Source of the DNA: Candidatus Gottesmanbacteria bacterium GW2011_GWA2_43_14
Lineage (GTDB): Bacteria; Patescibacteriota; Microgenomatia; 2-02-FULL-39-11
Reading direction: 5' to 3'
Length of the DNA stretch: 64,000 bases
Assembly: GCA_000999095.1 (NCBI GenBank)
Contig: LCFP01000003.1
Span: forward strand, 26,839 to 90,838
The translations under genes were made by a program, and so were the position numbers. Position 1 is the first letter of the stretch. Every line of letters starts with the position of its first letter. The notes beneath the pieces were generated by a model. The model saw nothing but the letters and a program-made list of their open reading frames with translations, had not been told where the DNA came from and ran no database searches. Of this stretch, positions 63,705-64,000 are shown piece after piece.

Positions 63705-64000
63705 ATGCCCGTTCGCATAAATACCGTTTTATACAACCGCATTATTTTCGCTTTGTCGCTTTTAGGCATTATTTTAGCGGTTTATGTCCTCCAAAGTTTT
63801 CTCAGGCAAACCCCGATTGTCTGTTTGAATTCGGGCTGCGAACTGGTCAGGAAAAATCCTTTAAGCTATCCCCTTGGGATTCCGGTGCCCGCTGTCGGGC
63901 TGGTAGGTTATTCTATCCTGGCTGTTTTGGCTTTTTTAAAAACTGCTTCGACCAAGCGGAATCTGCTTTATGCTATCCTGGGCATGTCCGCTTTCGGTGT
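63705..64000 (+). CDS. Vitamin K epoxide reductase (VKOR) family protein, partial
   Basis: Manual translation: ...LSLLGIILAVY...IVCLNSGCELV..NP.SY.LGIPV..VGL.GY; runs off the window end. Confidence 0.8.
   Translation, partial: MPVRINTVLYNRIIFALSLLGIILAVYVLQSFLRQTPIVCLNSGCELVRKNPLSYPLGIPVPAVGLVGYSILAVLAFLKTASTKRNLLYAILGMSAFG

Noticed and set aside
1-64000. CRISPR array, rRNA, tRNA, integrase or transposase
   Set aside because: No regularly spaced 25-45 bp repeats, cloverleaf or recombinase/transposase motifs seen; intergenic spaces are short.

Overview
This is a gene-dense bacterial window (standard code 11, roughly 40% GC by eye). Leaderless genes, AAGGAGGTGA ribosome-binding sites, Pro/Thr-rich linkers, many GT-C enzymes and a minimal group 3-like hydrogenase suggest a Patescibacteria/CPR genome, probably Microgenomates; this is inferred, not proven. 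In order, it contains: housekeeping and accessory genes (CruF-like, Fur, transaldolase-like plus HisC-like); a ~16 kb surface-glycan locus led by a GT2-GT2-GT4 fusion and ending in a GH-A hydrolase; a Phd/RelE toxin-antitoxin pair; secreted peptidases and cell-wall enzymes; a class F sortase with an adjacent substrate; small general-stress-type proteins; four histidine kinases, four response regulators and a stand-alone DHp mini-protein; two PBP1A genes; DsbB and VKOR; and a NiFe-hydrogenase with an unusual maturation module. The strongest unexplained signal is a TCTTAC-N5-TCTTAC direct repeat (11-bp period). At seven promoters its first half-site lies exactly 49 bp upstream of a -10 hexamer. 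One of these promoters drives a ~100-nt structured, terminator-ended candidate sRNA. This suggests a two-component-controlled envelope/general-stress regulon. No rRNA, tRNA, CRISPR array or transposase was seen. All assignments come from reading motifs by eye; no database searches were run.
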